Assembly: GCA_016215325.1 (NCBI GenBank)
Contig: JACRJV010000026.1
Location: 95,955 to 159,954, forward strand
Reading direction: 5' to 3'
Origin: Candidatus Uhrbacteria bacterium
Lineage (GTDB): Bacteria > Patescibacteriota > Patescibacteriia > JACRJV01
Length of the DNA: 64,000 nt
The translations under genes and the position numbers were made by a program. The notes beneath the pieces were generated by a model, which saw nothing but the letters and a program-made list of their open reading frames with translations, made no database searches and was not told the origin of the DNA. Positions 1 through 11,540 of this stretch are shown piece by piece. Each line of letters opens with the position of its first letter. Within the stretch, counting starts at the first letter, position 1.

Positions 1-10
1 TCATATCAAG

Positions 11-424
11 TTACGGGCGTGTCACGGTCACGCTTAATCCTTCGCTCGCCTGTTTATACGATCCCCGCGCGCTGATCGTCATCGAAGCGGTTTTGGCAGG
101 ATTCGTCCTATCTGGTGTGTACTGGAACTGACGTTTGCACGTTGCTCCATTTTGGAAATTAGCAATATCTTGATCCGAAAACCCTGCAGCAGACAAATCA
201 GTAGATCCCCCGAGCACCACATACTGTCGCAAACTCTGCTCGAGGCATGACTCTGCCGCATAAAACGCGGGGATCGAATCCGTCAAGAATCGCGTCGTCT
301 TATTGGCATTGGTTGCAAGAATGCTTAACGCGAGCGATGAACTCATCAACAGCGAAAGCAGGATTACAGCGTACACAAGAATGCTGCCGCGTTTATGTGT
401 CCGAAAAGAAGAATAAATGGTCAT
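11..424 (-). CDS. PilX-like minor pilin
   Basis: MTIYSSFRTHKRG|SILVYAVILL prepilin-like N-terminus followed by AFYAAESCLEQ, typical of the PilX N-terminus; ATG at 424; last gene of the pilin trio. Confidence 0.75.
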   Translation of the reverse strand: MTIYSSFRTHKRGSILVYAVILLSLLMSSSLALSILATNANKTTRFLTDSIPAFYAAESCLEQSLRQYVVLGGSTDLSAAGFSDQDIANFQNGATCKRQFQYTPDRTNPAKTASMTISARGSYKQASEGLSVTVTRP

Positions 425-428
425 ACCA

Positions 429-1178
429 TCACGGAGGCATTGGGGTGCAAACAAGGTCAATGTTATTTGCATCAACGATCTTATGATAGACACGCGATGA
501 CGTGGATGTCTGAATATATTCCATCCTGGCCCCACCCTGCTTTGGGACCAACACACCCAACGTCAATGTCACAAACGGCTGGCGGATATTCGCACCATCG
601 TTCATGCATGTCTTGTTATATGGGTTGCAGAGCGGCCGCACGTTGACAGCAAACGATTGAATATCCAAATCTTCGGCCGTGACGCGCGCCGATGGTACCG
701 GGTTCGGAGTGGATGAATCCCGCACACTCGCAATGCTGCCATAAAATGTTTTAACGATACAGCCATTATTCACACCAATAGAGCACGGCCGTTGGAATAC
801 GTAGCGCACGCGCTCTTTATCTTCGTCAATGAGGTACAATACGCCATTCGGCTGTGCGTTCAATCCACAATTACTTGCTGTAAATGTTGGGGATGAACCA
901 TTGGCATAGCCAGCATAATAGACGGTTCCGACGCGCAACGCCGTTGCCATCGCTTCAAGCGCATACCGGGCTTCAGAGATCACTTTATTCTCCCCCTGCG
1001 TACGGCGCTGCAACAATGAGACTTGTTGGTGGATCGCAACAATGAGGATGGACAAAAGAGAGAACACCCCCATCACCGTCAGGAGCTCCAACAATGTGAA
1101 ACCACGAGGATTCACAATAAAAATCCAATTTTCAGATATATGGAAAATTGAAAATGGAAAATTGAAAATTCGTCTCAT
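429..1178 (-). CDS. Type IV prepilin, PilW-like
   Basis: RG|FTLLELLTVMGVF N-methylation motif with E5; start taken at ATG 1178, next to the upstream stop. Confidence 0.85.
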   Translation of the reverse strand: MRRIFNFPFSIFHISENWIFIVNPRGFTLLELLTVMGVFSLLSILIVAIHQQVSLLQRRTQGENKVISEARYALEAMATALRVGTVYYAGYANGSSPTFTASNCGLNAQPNGVLYLIDEDKERVRYVFQRPCSIGVNNGCIVKTFYGSIASVRDSSTPNPVPSARVTAEDLDIQSFAVNVRPLCNPYNKTCMNDGANIRQPFVTLTLGVLVPKQGGARMEYIQTSTSSRVYHKIVDANNIDLVCTPMPP

Positions 1179-1179
1179 A

Positions 1180-1812
1180 TCACCAATTGTACAACCGATC
1201 TTCGACTTCGATCTTGCGCGCCCGACCCCCCTCTTGCCACGTGACGCGCGCGATGACCTGCACTCCAATCGTCCCGCCTTGCCCAGAATCAATATCGTTA
1301 AACACGCAACTGGACGACGTATCGCTGCCCAAATCATCGACTTGCGTCGACCCAGAGGAGCAAATCGGATAGAGCTGGACCGCTCGATGATATTTTGTCG
1401 CCCCGCTCGAAGGACCTGGTTGGACAAATTGATTGGACTGGAAGGCGATAGTCGTATTATCCGGGGATGATGTTTTGGCAATCAGAATCGGGTTATCGGT
1501 GCCAATAGCAGCAGTGTTGATCGCATAGTCCCCTTCGATGTTGATCCCGGCATTCCACCGGACCGATTCGCCCGTGGCATCCCGCTTATATTTGTTCGAG
1601 TCGCGGATATTGCGGACAATCTCGATCCCCTCCCGGGCAAAGTTCGCGGCTTGCACTTCATTCAAACTTGTTTTCGTCTGCACCGCATTGCCAAAACTTA
1701 ACCCGATAATTGCAAACAGCCCAGTCGTAATTACAAACAAGGCGATCAACATCTCTAAGACTGTGTTTCCGCGTTCTCGATGGAACCTATTTTTATTTGG
1801 GTTCAACTGCAT
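1180..1812 (-). CDS. Type IV prepilin, PilV-like
   Basis: RG|NTVLEMLIALFVI and AANFAREGIEIVRNIRDSN motif; C-terminal V.VTW...L.NW. Confidence 0.85.
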   Translation of the reverse strand: MQLNPNKNRFHRERGNTVLEMLIALFVITTGLFAIIGLSFGNAVQTKTSLNEVQAANFAREGIEIVRNIRDSNKYKRDATGESVRWNAGINIEGDYAINTAAIGTDNPILIAKTSSPDNTTIAFQSNQFVQPGPSSGATKYHRAVQLYPICSSGSTQVDDLGSDTSSSCVFNDIDSGQGGTIGVQVIARVTWQEGGRARKIEVEDRLYNW

Positions 1813-1830
1813 AATCGCCGAAAACCAACA

Positions 1831-1968
1831 TTCAATTTCTAATTCCCAATTTCTAATTTCTAATGTCCGCCAGAGGCTGATCAGCCCTTGGCTGAAAATG
1901 TACGCTATCGTAATTTGTTATTTTGACATTGAAATTTTCATTGGAAATTAGGAATTGGGTATTGGAAA
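1831..1968. repeat. Inverted pair of heptamer tandem arrays (AATTTCY / RGAAATT) with a nested 30-bp mini-element
   Basis: ttcaatttctaattcccaatttctaatttctaat ... ttggaaattaggaattgggtattggaaat; the right arm encodes the exonuclease C-terminus FPIPNS*. Confidence 0.85.
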
Positions 1969-2505
1969 TCCGCCGCTGATGCGCCTTAATACTTCCGCTT
2001 CCAACCGGCAATCTTCCAGTGCATCATGGAATCCCCGCGGCGGCAAGCCAAAATGTTGGAACACGGTTTCAGAATCTGGAATGTTATTCCAACCCTTTTG
2101 CATCAGGTGCGCCCACGTGAGGGTAAAGAGGTCCAGCGCATGGTGGTTATATTCGCGACCCCATTGATAGCCAATGGATTTGAGCAGTTGACTCAAAAAC
2201 GCAACATCAAAGGCTACCACCCACGCCGCCACGATCACATCGGTGCCAAAGGTCGCTACAAACTTCTCGGTCACGTCTTCCATCCGCGGCGCTTGCGCAA
2301 TCGCATTGTAGTCAATCTGGATTTTTTTCAGTGCCCATTGCTCGATAGGGAAATGTTCGTCTTGGTGGATATGGGAAACAAATGATTTTTTCTCTACAAG
2401 TGTCTCACGGTCCAACAGCACCGCGCCGATTTGCAACGGCACATGGACATACGGGTCTGATCCGCTTGTTTCGATATCGATGATGAGGAGGTCTTTGGGG
2501 AACAT
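1948..2505 (-). CDS. DEDDh 3'-5' exonuclease (DnaQ/RNase T family)
   Basis: ExoI DIETSG, ExoII VAFD, ExoIII HDALED. Confidence 0.9.
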   Translation of the reverse strand: MFPKDLLIIDIETSGSDPYVHVPLQIGAVLLDRETLVEKKSFVSHIHQDEHFPIEQWALKKIQIDYNAIAQAPRMEDVTEKFVATFGTDVIVAAWVVAFDVAFLSQLLKSIGYQWGREYNHHALDLFTLTWAHLMQKGWNNIPDSETVFQHFGLPPRGFHDALEDCRLEAEVLRRISGGFPIPNS

Positions 2506-2577
2506 AGAATTCGAACCTAGTATACTATAAAACCGCTCTTCCACGCTAGCTTGGAAGAGCGGTTCCTTGTTGACGTA

Positions 2578-3513
2578 TTACCCTTGATTTCCAACCGATT
2601 GATGACGTCGGCGCCACCAGAATACTACAATCAATACTGGGATCCATACCACCGCAAACACTACGATCCAGATGATCGCATTGGCTGCATTCTGGCCGAC
2701 ATCTTTTAGTGATCTTAATGCGGCCTTCATAACGGCCAGGGGTTCCCATCGTTTCTGGGGATCGACGATCGGCAGTTGCGACTCTTCAGTCGACATATAG
2801 ACCGTAAGGGTCGCGAGATGAGCCGATTGGCTCAAATACTTTTGGCGCCCCAACACGCGCTCAATTTCTCCGCGTACCCGCTCGAGTTCACGCTGGACTT
2901 CAAGCACCTCACTAATCTTACCCGAGCGTTTCATGATTTCTAAAAATTGTTGTTCACTCGCGCGCAAATTCCGCAGTTGGCTCTCCAAATCCACATACTC
3001 CTCGGTCACATCCTGTCCGCTGCTGGTTTCGCTGGCGATTTTGACGGCTTTGCCCTTTACCCACTCATACGTCTGCCCGTACTTCTCCACCGGGATGCGC
3101 ACGGTCATGGAAGCTGTTGGATTGGCGCTCGCGCTGTTCAAAGAGCCACTCACCAAAAATCCGCTCTGGCCTTCCACATAGACCCGAACTTCATCCATCA
3201 CTAATGGAACATCCTTGACGACAAGGCTCATGGAGCCAGTGCGGATAATCAACCGATCCTTGGGCGCATTCGCATCCCCTCCGGCGCTCTGATCGGCTTG
3301 CGGCGCATACTCGGCCAACGGCGCCATCGACGGAGCGGCCAATTTGTTAAATGCCATGGAACGAGAGGAAACCATCCCCAACTCGTTCTGACCGAACATG
3401 TCCGGCGCTCCCGGAGTGACATACGGCCGCACACCTCCATTACGACTATTCACTAACACTGCCAGCGCGGCGACCACGATGACAACCCCTGCGATGTGAA
3501 AAAATTTTCGCAT
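2578..3513 (-). CDS. DUF4349-type membrane protein
   Basis: N-terminal TM, RLIIRTGSMSL, TVRIP, QDVTEEYVDLE coiled coil, C-terminal TM. Confidence 0.85.
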   Translation of the reverse strand: MRKFFHIAGVVIVVAALAVLVNSRNGGVRPYVTPGAPDMFGQNELGMVSSRSMAFNKLAAPSMAPLAEYAPQADQSAGGDANAPKDRLIIRTGSMSLVVKDVPLVMDEVRVYVEGQSGFLVSGSLNSASANPTASMTVRIPVEKYGQTYEWVKGKAVKIASETSSGQDVTEEYVDLESQLRNLRASEQQFLEIMKRSGKISEVLEVQRELERVRGEIERVLGRQKYLSQSAHLATLTVYMSTEESQLPIVDPQKRWEPLAVMKAALRSLKDVGQNAANAIIWIVVFAVVWIPVLIVVFWWRRRHQSVGNQG

Positions 3514-3590
3514 ACTTCAAATAATTAGAGGTGTAAGTACTGACAGTATAGCACAGAATTCCCAAAGCCCTCTGCGGTTGCTCAACTCAC

Positions 3591-3614
3591 AACGGCGGAT
3601 GCTCCTCCGCCGTT
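3591..3614 (-). terminator. Hairpin downstream of dnaJ
   Basis: AACGGCGGA-6nt-TCCGCCGTT. Confidence 0.55.
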
Positions 3615-3624
3615 CAATCAGATT

Positions 3625-4722
3625 CTAGAGTTCTTTTTGTAATTCCTCCAACAAGCGTTTTGCGTTGCGCGAAAGCCGCTTGGGCGTTTCAACCGTCACC
3701 TGCACGTATAAATCTCCGCGGCCGCGATTAGTTTGGATGCCTTTGCCTTTTACGCGCAGCCGCTGGCCAGACCCAATCCCGGCCGGGACTTCAACGTCCA
3801 ATTTTTCTTCGATCGCATCGATGGTCTTTGTTGTCCCCAGCGCTGCTTCCGCAACATTGACGGTGAGAGAGGTCACCAAATCAGCGGTTTCGGGGATCCG
3901 TTTAATGATGTGGTGTGGCCGCACCCGTACATGAATAAACAGGTCCCCCGTGGTTCCGTTTTGCACTGCCTCGCCTTTTCCTTTGAGCCGCAACGTCATG
4001 CCATCGTCAATGCCGGGCGGAACTTCCACGCGCAAATCTTCCTTTTTTGACTCCGTCCCCCGCCCACGGCAATGATCGCACTTTGTTTCAATAATTTTCC
4101 CGGTCCCACGGCACGTGGGGCAGACCCCAACCGATTGGAACACCCCAAACATCGTCTGCCGCGTGGTCGCCCGTTGTCCGTTGCCGCCGCAATCGCCGCA
4201 CGTCTTGAGCGCCGTGCCGCCTTTCGCTCCAGTCCCCTTGCACTGGTCGCAGGCAACATCGCGCTGGATATTGAGTTCAACCGTTCCGCCCATGACCATG
4301 GTGGTAAAATCCACGGTCACCGTTGTTTCGAGATCCCGCCCCCGAGCGGCGGCTGCCGCGCGACCACGCCGCCCGCCCCCCATACCAAACATATCGCCGA
4401 GATTGCCAAAAATATCGCCGATATCCTGGGCGTTAAATCCGCCCGCTTGCGCATAATTGCTCCAATCGCGGAATCCTTCAAATCCCCCGAATCCCCCTTG
4501 CGATTGGGCTTGTTCAAACGTCTGGCCGTACTGATCATACTGCGCCCGCTTGTCTTTGTCCGAAAGTACTTGGTACGCCTCATTAATCTCTTTAAACTTG
4601 GTGGCATCCCCCGTGGATTTATCTGTATGGTATTGATGCGCTAAACGCCGGAAGGCAGATTTGATCTCCTCCGGCGTTGCATGTTTTTCTACGCCTAATA
4701 CTTTATAGTAGTCTTTGGCCAC
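3625..4722 (-). CDS. dnaJ: Chaperone DnaJ
   Basis: J domain (HTD in place of HPD), G/F region, four CxxCxGxG repeats. Confidence 0.97.
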   Translation of the reverse strand: MAKDYYKVLGVEKHATPEEIKSAFRRLAHQYHTDKSTGDATKFKEINEAYQVLSDKDKRAQYDQYGQTFEQAQSQGGFGGFEGFRDWSNYAQAGGFNAQDIGDIFGNLGDMFGMGGGRRGRAAAAARGRDLETTVTVDFTTMVMGGTVELNIQRDVACDQCKGTGAKGGTALKTCGDCGGNGQRATTRQTMFGVFQSVGVCPTCRGTGKIIETKCDHCRGRGTESKKEDLRVEVPPGIDDGMTLRLKGKGEAVQNGTTGDLFIHVRVRPHHIIKRIPETADLVTSLTVNVAEAALGTTKTIDAIEEKLDVEVPAGIGSGQRLRVKGKGIQTNRGRGDLYVQVTVETPKRLSRNAKRLLEELQKEL

Positions 4723-4785
4723 AACACGAAGGTTCTAGGTTTTAACTAGAAAAAAATGCAATAACGTTTTACTAGAACCTCGCAA

Positions 4786-6774
<1,989 letters not shown>

Positions 6775-7275
6775 CTATTCTTGCTTATCCCTATCTTGTT
6801 CGGATTGATAAATAACGACTCTCGCTGGCCGCAGCACCCGCCCTTGTATCCGATACCCCTTGGCCACGACGCGCGCGATCTTCTGGTCCTGTTCCCTCTG
6901 CCCGGGCTCGTGCTCCACTGCTTCGTGCAATGACGGATCAAATACCTCACCAATCTGCCCATACGACTCCACCGCGTGGCGTTTGAGCAAATCTTCCAGC
7001 TCCCGACGGATGTGCGTAATTCCTTGGAGCCACCCCCCAGTCTCCGGTGGTACATGGGCGATCGCCTGATCAAAGTGGTCGACCACGGGCAATAAATCGT
7101 GCACCATCATGCTCACGGACCATGCGGCCAATTCTTTCTGCGCGGTTTCCGTTTCTCGTTTGAGATTCTGATAATCGGCCAGCGCCCGCTTCCAACCGGC
7201 TTCAAATTCTTTCATTTTGCGTTCGCATTCAGCATGGCTTGTATCATTAGCTTGTAGTGTATTCTCATCACTCAT
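6775..7275 (-). CDS. grpE: Nucleotide exchange factor GrpE
   Basis: RALADYQN, FDPSLHEAV, KGY...RVLRPARVV. Confidence 0.97.
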   Translation of the reverse strand: MSDENTLQANDTSHAECERKMKEFEAGWKRALADYQNLKRETETAQKELAAWSVSMMVHDLLPVVDHFDQAIAHVPPETGGWLQGITHIRRELEDLLKRHAVESYGQIGEVFDPSLHEAVEHEPGQREQDQKIARVVAKGYRIQGRVLRPARVVIYQSEQDRDKQE

Positions 7276-7976
7276 ATCATTTCTTGCGCTATCAATTCTT
7301 GCATGCGTTCAAACAGATTAATGTATTTCCCATACGCCATCCGCATCGGGCCCAATACCCCCACCATCGTCGGTGGATCGGTTGGCAGCGTCGTGCTAAT
7401 GGTACTCAAACGACTGCACAAGGGGTTTTCCCGGCCAATCATCACAGAAACTGTCCCGGATTCCCTGGCGTCCATCATCAGCGGCCACAATTCTTCCAAC
7501 CGATCAATGGCCTGGCTCCATGCATACACCAGTTCTGGATCGGCAAACTCCGGCTGGACAAACAACCGAGATGCACCCGTCCAATACACATGGTGCGGCT
7601 CTTGCGCAACAATCACCGCTTCATGAATATGTGCAGACATCGCATGGGCCAGCGTGCGTAACTGCTCAAATGGATCCGGGCGTTGGAACGCCTCTAATAC
7701 TTGCTGCTCCCATCCTGATCGCGTGGCCTTTTGGTGCTCGGTGGGCGAAGATTCACGCACATACCATTGGTAGGCTTGTTCGGTGGGAATTCGGCCAGCC
7801 GAGGTGTGCGGTTGCTCTAAAAATCCTTCTTGCTCCAGGTCGCGCATCTCATTGCGGATCGTGGCAGAACTCACTGGAAAATGATACTCTCGAACAACCA
7901 GCTGCGAACCAATCGGTTCTGCGCGGTCGATATACGCTTCGATAATAGTCTTCAAGAGATCAAATTTTCTGTCCAT
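7272..7976 (-). CDS. hrcA: Heat-inducible repressor HrcA (short form)
   Basis: EPIGS, SSATIRNEM, QPHTSAGRIPT, GVLGPMRMAY; heads the grpE-dnaK-dnaJ operon. Confidence 0.95.
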   Translation of the reverse strand: MDRKFDLLKTIIEAYIDRAEPIGSQLVVREYHFPVSSATIRNEMRDLEQEGFLEQPHTSAGRIPTEQAYQWYVRESSPTEHQKATRSGWEQQVLEAFQRPDPFEQLRTLAHAMSAHIHEAVIVAQEPHHVYWTGASRLFVQPEFADPELVYAWSQAIDRLEELWPLMMDARESGTVSVMIGRENPLCSRLSTISTTLPTDPPTMVGVLGPMRMAYGKYINLFERMQELIAQEMI

Positions 7977-7985
7977 ATTTACTAT

Positions 7986-8012
7986 TTAGCACTCCATTAT
8001 ATAGAGTGCTAA
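7986..8012. promoter_or_regulatory. CIRCE operator (HrcA binding site)
   Basis: Perfect TTAGCACTC-N9-GAGTGCTAA 9 bp upstream of hrcA. Confidence 0.98.
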
Positions 8013-8016
8013 AATC

Positions 8017-8044
8017 ATTATATCCACTTTTTAAACGGTGTCAA
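8017..8044 (-). promoter_or_regulatory. Sigma70-type promoter of the hrcA operon
   Basis: TTGACA-N16-TATAAT on the minus strand, directly upstream of CIRCE. Confidence 0.9.
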
Positions 8045-8054
8045 GGGAGGAGGG

Positions 8055-9896
8055 TCACTGCAGCAACTCTCCGACCACCGCATCGCCTTCAGACAACCCC
8101 GACTGAACTTCAACCCACCCATCATCCCCTCGCATGCCAATGGTCACCGTACGCGATTGGAGCTTACCATCCCCCATCAATACCGTCACAGCGGCGGGTG
8201 TTGTTTTGGGGGCAAGCCAACCCGGTATCGCAACCACGGGATTGCCCGTGCTCAATACGATTGTTGCTGTTACTGATGCAGATCCCCCCTCTGCCACAGA
8301 CCGCAATGGAGAAAGTTGAATAACACCCGCATCCGTCCGCCCGTGGACAATCGCAGTTTCAACGCTGGTTGCACTTCCGGTACCCGTAAGTTCCACAACC
8401 ATTCCCGGTGCAATAGTCGCAGCGTCGTTGGGGTCAACCTGTGTTTCCAACGTAGCGCCTATCGAACGGATACGAAGCAATGGCTCGCCCGCGTGCACGA
8501 CATCACCGATATGCACCAACGTTGCATCAATAACACCCGCAACCGGGGCATGGATCGTCAGTTCCTCCAGAGCCTCTTGTTGGAGGGCCACGTTCGTTTG
8601 CAACGCCGCAGATCCTTTTGCACTCGCAGGAGCCCGCTGACCACCCTTCGTCTTTGCGTCAAAGAGTGCCGAGAGTCGCTTCTGTTGCTCGATCAATGCC
8701 GAACGCTGTTGCCGGCTTGCGACAACCTGGGCCCAGGCAGAGGCAATCGCGCGGTCATAAGCGGTCAATTCTTTTGACCGTGCAATAAACGCGGCCTGCA
8801 GCGCCGCTCGGATTTGCTGCCCCGCCGCAAGCTCCTTTGCTAGGCTGTCCCCTCGTTCTTGCCAAACCCCAAGAAATCGCTGTTCATGCGCTTGGAGGGT
8901 ATCAAGGGTCGCCTCGATCGCAGATCGATTGCGCTCGATCAATCGCTCTGTGGCTTGATGCTCGGCCAGCGGGAACTTGTCCGACGGTTCAATCGTTCCC
9001 AGAAGGTCTTTGAGCCCACCGAGGATATCAATTGCCGTTTCACTAATAGCCTTAGAAGTCAACAACAGTTGTTGTTCCGCTTGCGCGTCATCGCTTGCCG
9101 GTTGCTTCAAACGATCCGAAACGATTCTTTGGAGGCGCTGGGCCTCCAGCAATTTTTCCCACAACGGTACCGCCAATTGCGGTTGGGGCAACGCCTTCAG
9201 GAAACTGCTCGTGGTCCCATCCACACCGAACAACGAACGGATATCGCTCAAGGTCAGGTCTTCAGACAGTGCCCCCCCTTCCACCGAGATCCGCATGAGC
9301 GATATGGCATCCTGCACTTCTTTGGACTGGGACTGTTGTTCTCCTTGGGTCGCTGGTTGCGGCAAATCCGCCAAGTCTTTCTCAAACCCCGCAATCGCAT
9401 CCTGTATTTTTTTTAGCACCTGCTCATGCTCGGCAACAACGGTGCGGGCACGCTGCAACGCCTGGTCCGCTTGCTTGTTGGCAGTATTCAGTTTGCCCTC
9501 AAGACTTTGAAGTTGGTCACTCGCTTCTCGCGCGCTCATCGTGGAATCGGCGACCGGCATCGATTGAAGATATTGCTCTACGGCGCTCAACACCAGATTC
9601 TCTTGAGCCGACCGCTCAAATTCAACCAACACATCCCCCCGGGCTACGGTCTGCCCCTCCAAGGCGGGAACAATACTCACAATCCCGTCGCGCGCCGCCT
9701 TCACCTCAACAAGCGTGTCGGTGCCGGTCCGATGCGCCGTTGTTTGGATCCGTCGTGTAATAGGGCGCAGTTGCGCCTTCACTGTGGGCACCGGAGTTTT
9801 GGCAAACCCGCGATACACGGTCCAGGCACCCACCACAACGGCCCAAAGGCCGAGCAGCATGATAAGCGTGCGCGCTTGCGGAGAACGAGAAAGCAT
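8055..9896 (-). CDS. HlyD/MacA-family periplasmic adaptor with a long coiled coil
   Basis: N-terminal TM, lipoyl halves (EGQTVARGDVL; IHAPVAGVI...GDVVHAGEPL), C-terminal VEVQSGLSEGDAVV. Confidence 0.8.
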   Translation of the reverse strand: MLSRSPQARTLIMLLGLWAVVVGAWTVYRGFAKTPVPTVKAQLRPITRRIQTTAHRTGTDTLVEVKAARDGIVSIVPALEGQTVARGDVLVEFERSAQENLVLSAVEQYLQSMPVADSTMSAREASDQLQSLEGKLNTANKQADQALQRARTVVAEHEQVLKKIQDAIAGFEKDLADLPQPATQGEQQSQSKEVQDAISLMRISVEGGALSEDLTLSDIRSLFGVDGTTSSFLKALPQPQLAVPLWEKLLEAQRLQRIVSDRLKQPASDDAQAEQQLLLTSKAISETAIDILGGLKDLLGTIEPSDKFPLAEHQATERLIERNRSAIEATLDTLQAHEQRFLGVWQERGDSLAKELAAGQQIRAALQAAFIARSKELTAYDRAIASAWAQVVASRQQRSALIEQQKRLSALFDAKTKGGQRAPASAKGSAALQTNVALQQEALEELTIHAPVAGVIDATLVHIGDVVHAGEPLLRIRSIGATLETQVDPNDAATIAPGMVVELTGTGSATSVETAIVHGRTDAGVIQLSPLRSVAEGGSASVTATIVLSTGNPVVAIPGWLAPKTTPAAVTVLMGDGKLQSRTVTIGMRGDDGWVEVQSGLSEGDAVVGELLQ

Positions 9897-10100
9897 AGAT
9901 ACTCTCTAGTATATCCTAACATTGGGCAATTCAGCAATTGGGTATTATGTGGATCGTAGCTCTCGTCATACGTAAGGAGTATACCAACGAGCTTCTACAT
10001 CCCAATTTCGCCATTCTGGTCACCGCAGCGGGCGGAGTCCCGCCCTCGGCGTTGCCTTGGGCAGAATCTGACGAAATTGACTTGAGTACAATGCCCGACC

Positions 10101-10129
10101 TGGACAAGATTCCAGGTTTGTGCTATACT
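10101..10129 (+). promoter_or_regulatory. Promoter of the cold-shock gene
   Basis: TGGACA-N17-TATACT with extended -10 TG. Confidence 0.65.
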
Positions 10130-10223
10130 TACTTCTCAAAAAGAAACTGCCGTGCTGACAAACGTCGAGGTTCGCCCACAGTTATCGATTTGAATTTTAT
10201 TCGCCCATTTCTTGACTATTGCT

Positions 10224-10427
10224 ATGCAACAAGGAACAATCGCCCGTCTCACAGACCGTGGCTTTGGATTTATCGCCCGCGAAGGTGAGGAAAAAGAACT
10301 CTTTTTCCACGCTAGCGCCCTGGTCGGTGTCCAATTCACCGATCTCAAAGAGGGGGACAAAGTGACCTTCGAAGTCGGACAAGGCCCAAAAGGCCCGAAC
10401 GCCACGAATGTCCAACGCGTGAGCTAA
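10224..10427 (+). CDS. Cold-shock protein (CspA family)
   Basis: RGFGFI (RNP1), LFFH (RNP2), GPKGPNATNV. Confidence 0.97.
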   Translation: MQQGTIARLTDRGFGFIAREGEEKELFFHASALVGVQFTDLKEGDKVTFEVGQGPKGPNATNVQRVS

Positions 10428-10437
10428 CTCCTTCCGC

Positions 10438-10468
10438 AAAAAACACTCCGGTTCACCGGAGTGTTTTT
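10438..10468. terminator. Bidirectional intrinsic terminator
   Basis: AAAAACACTCCGG-TTCA-CCGGAGTGTTTTT. Confidence 0.9.
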
Positions 10469-10526
10469 ATGTACCAAAATTCTTCGGAATGGGAGAGTGC
10501 TGGGGGTCATAACCCGTTTTTATGTT

Positions 10527-11003
10527 TTACAAATCACTCACGTTGTCTGGCAGATGATCGATTCCGCCAAATTCTTTAACAATGATGGATTTGATTTTTT
10601 GTTTCATTTCCGGTTTTACGAAAGTAATGGTCATTCCTTTTTCGCCGCCGATACTTTCGCAATCGTCTTCGATTAAAATTTCGGGTATGACACGCTCTGC
10701 TACATCTTTGTATTCTTCGGCATCTTTTCTAAATTCCAAAGTACCTGTGGGGAAATTTTGTAGGACACCACGAATATCATTGATCTCTTTATCAGTTCGG
10801 CGAGAAGTTAAATAAACGATTTCCTCACCTTGCTCTTTCCATTTTTTGATTTTCTCAATAGCATCTCCAATCGGTACATATTCAGCGTAACTTTTTACGG
10901 AGGACTCTTGCTCTATAACTTGCTTAACAATTGTAGAGCGGTCATGTCCGACTCCATTTTTTGGCATTAAGATTGTACCTTCGGTAAAGATGAGGATTTT
11001 CAT
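10527..11003 (-). CDS. HAD-like hypothetical protein (degenerate motif I)
   Basis: FTEGTI, YLTSR, LIEDD resemble HAD motifs I/II/IV without the catalytic Asp. Confidence 0.6.
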   Translation of the reverse strand: MKILIFTEGTILMPKNGVGHDRSTIVKQVIEQESSVKSYAEYVPIGDAIEKIKKWKEQGEEIVYLTSRRTDKEINDIRGVLQNFPTGTLEFRKDAEEYKDVAERVIPEILIEDDCESIGGEKGMTITFVKPEMKQKIKSIIVKEFGGIDHLPDNVSDL

Positions 11004-11398
11004 ATATTTGCCTTCATAACTAATTCTTTGTGTCCGCTTTCCGAGTCAAACTCTCTTGAGAATTCCAAATCCTCAATCTCCCCAATAGCAACCTCTGCCG
11101 TAACTCCAACCACTGAACCGTCCTTTAAGTGTCCACCAAAAGTTTTACCCTCTTCATCAGAAAGACAAACATGGATATGACTATTTCCCGCTTCTACCGT
11201 TCCAACTACGGAAACAATTTCAAAACTCCCATCCCATGTCTTAATAATTTTTGCGTTAGCCATGCGCAAAACAGCTTTTGTTAAATTGCCCACGCAAGTA
11301 AGAATGATGCCAGCGCGAATATTATTTTGTACAACATATTTATCAATTTCTTCTTTGAAGTTTTGTCCTGGATGCAAACGAAAGATGTGAGTTTTCAT
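11000..11398 (-). CDS. PPC-domain (DUF296) protein
   Basis: RLHPGQ, FEIVSVVG, HIH, GGHL, TAEV. Confidence 0.9.
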   Translation of the reverse strand: MKTHIFRLHPGQNFKEEIDKYVVQNNIRAGIILTCVGNLTKAVLRMANAKIIKTWDGSFEIVSVVGTVEAGNSHIHVCLSDEEGKTFGGHLKDGSVVGVTAEVAIGEIEDLEFSREFDSESGHKELVMKANI

Positions 11399-11401
11399 AG
11401 T

Positions 11402-11540
11402 TTATTCTCTGAATAAGTCCATCTCCTTATTCCACTTCTCAACTCGCAATATAGCATTTTTGTACACTGTCGATTTTGGCTGGTCAATCAATTCTGCTAA
11501 ATCGCAAAGTTCGTTGATTCGCCCGTAGATTACCATTCGC
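11402..11540 (-). pseudogene. 3' remnant of a gene truncated at the transposase end
   Basis: 46 open codons (RMVIYGRINELCDL...MDLFRE*) beginning exactly at the repeat boundary and ending 3 nt before the PPC gene start. Confidence 0.45.

Noticed and set aside
10470-10530. attL/attR duplicate of the tRNA-Glu 3' end
   Set aside because: No recognisable copy of TGGTAGCCCCATGGGG at the far side of the islet.
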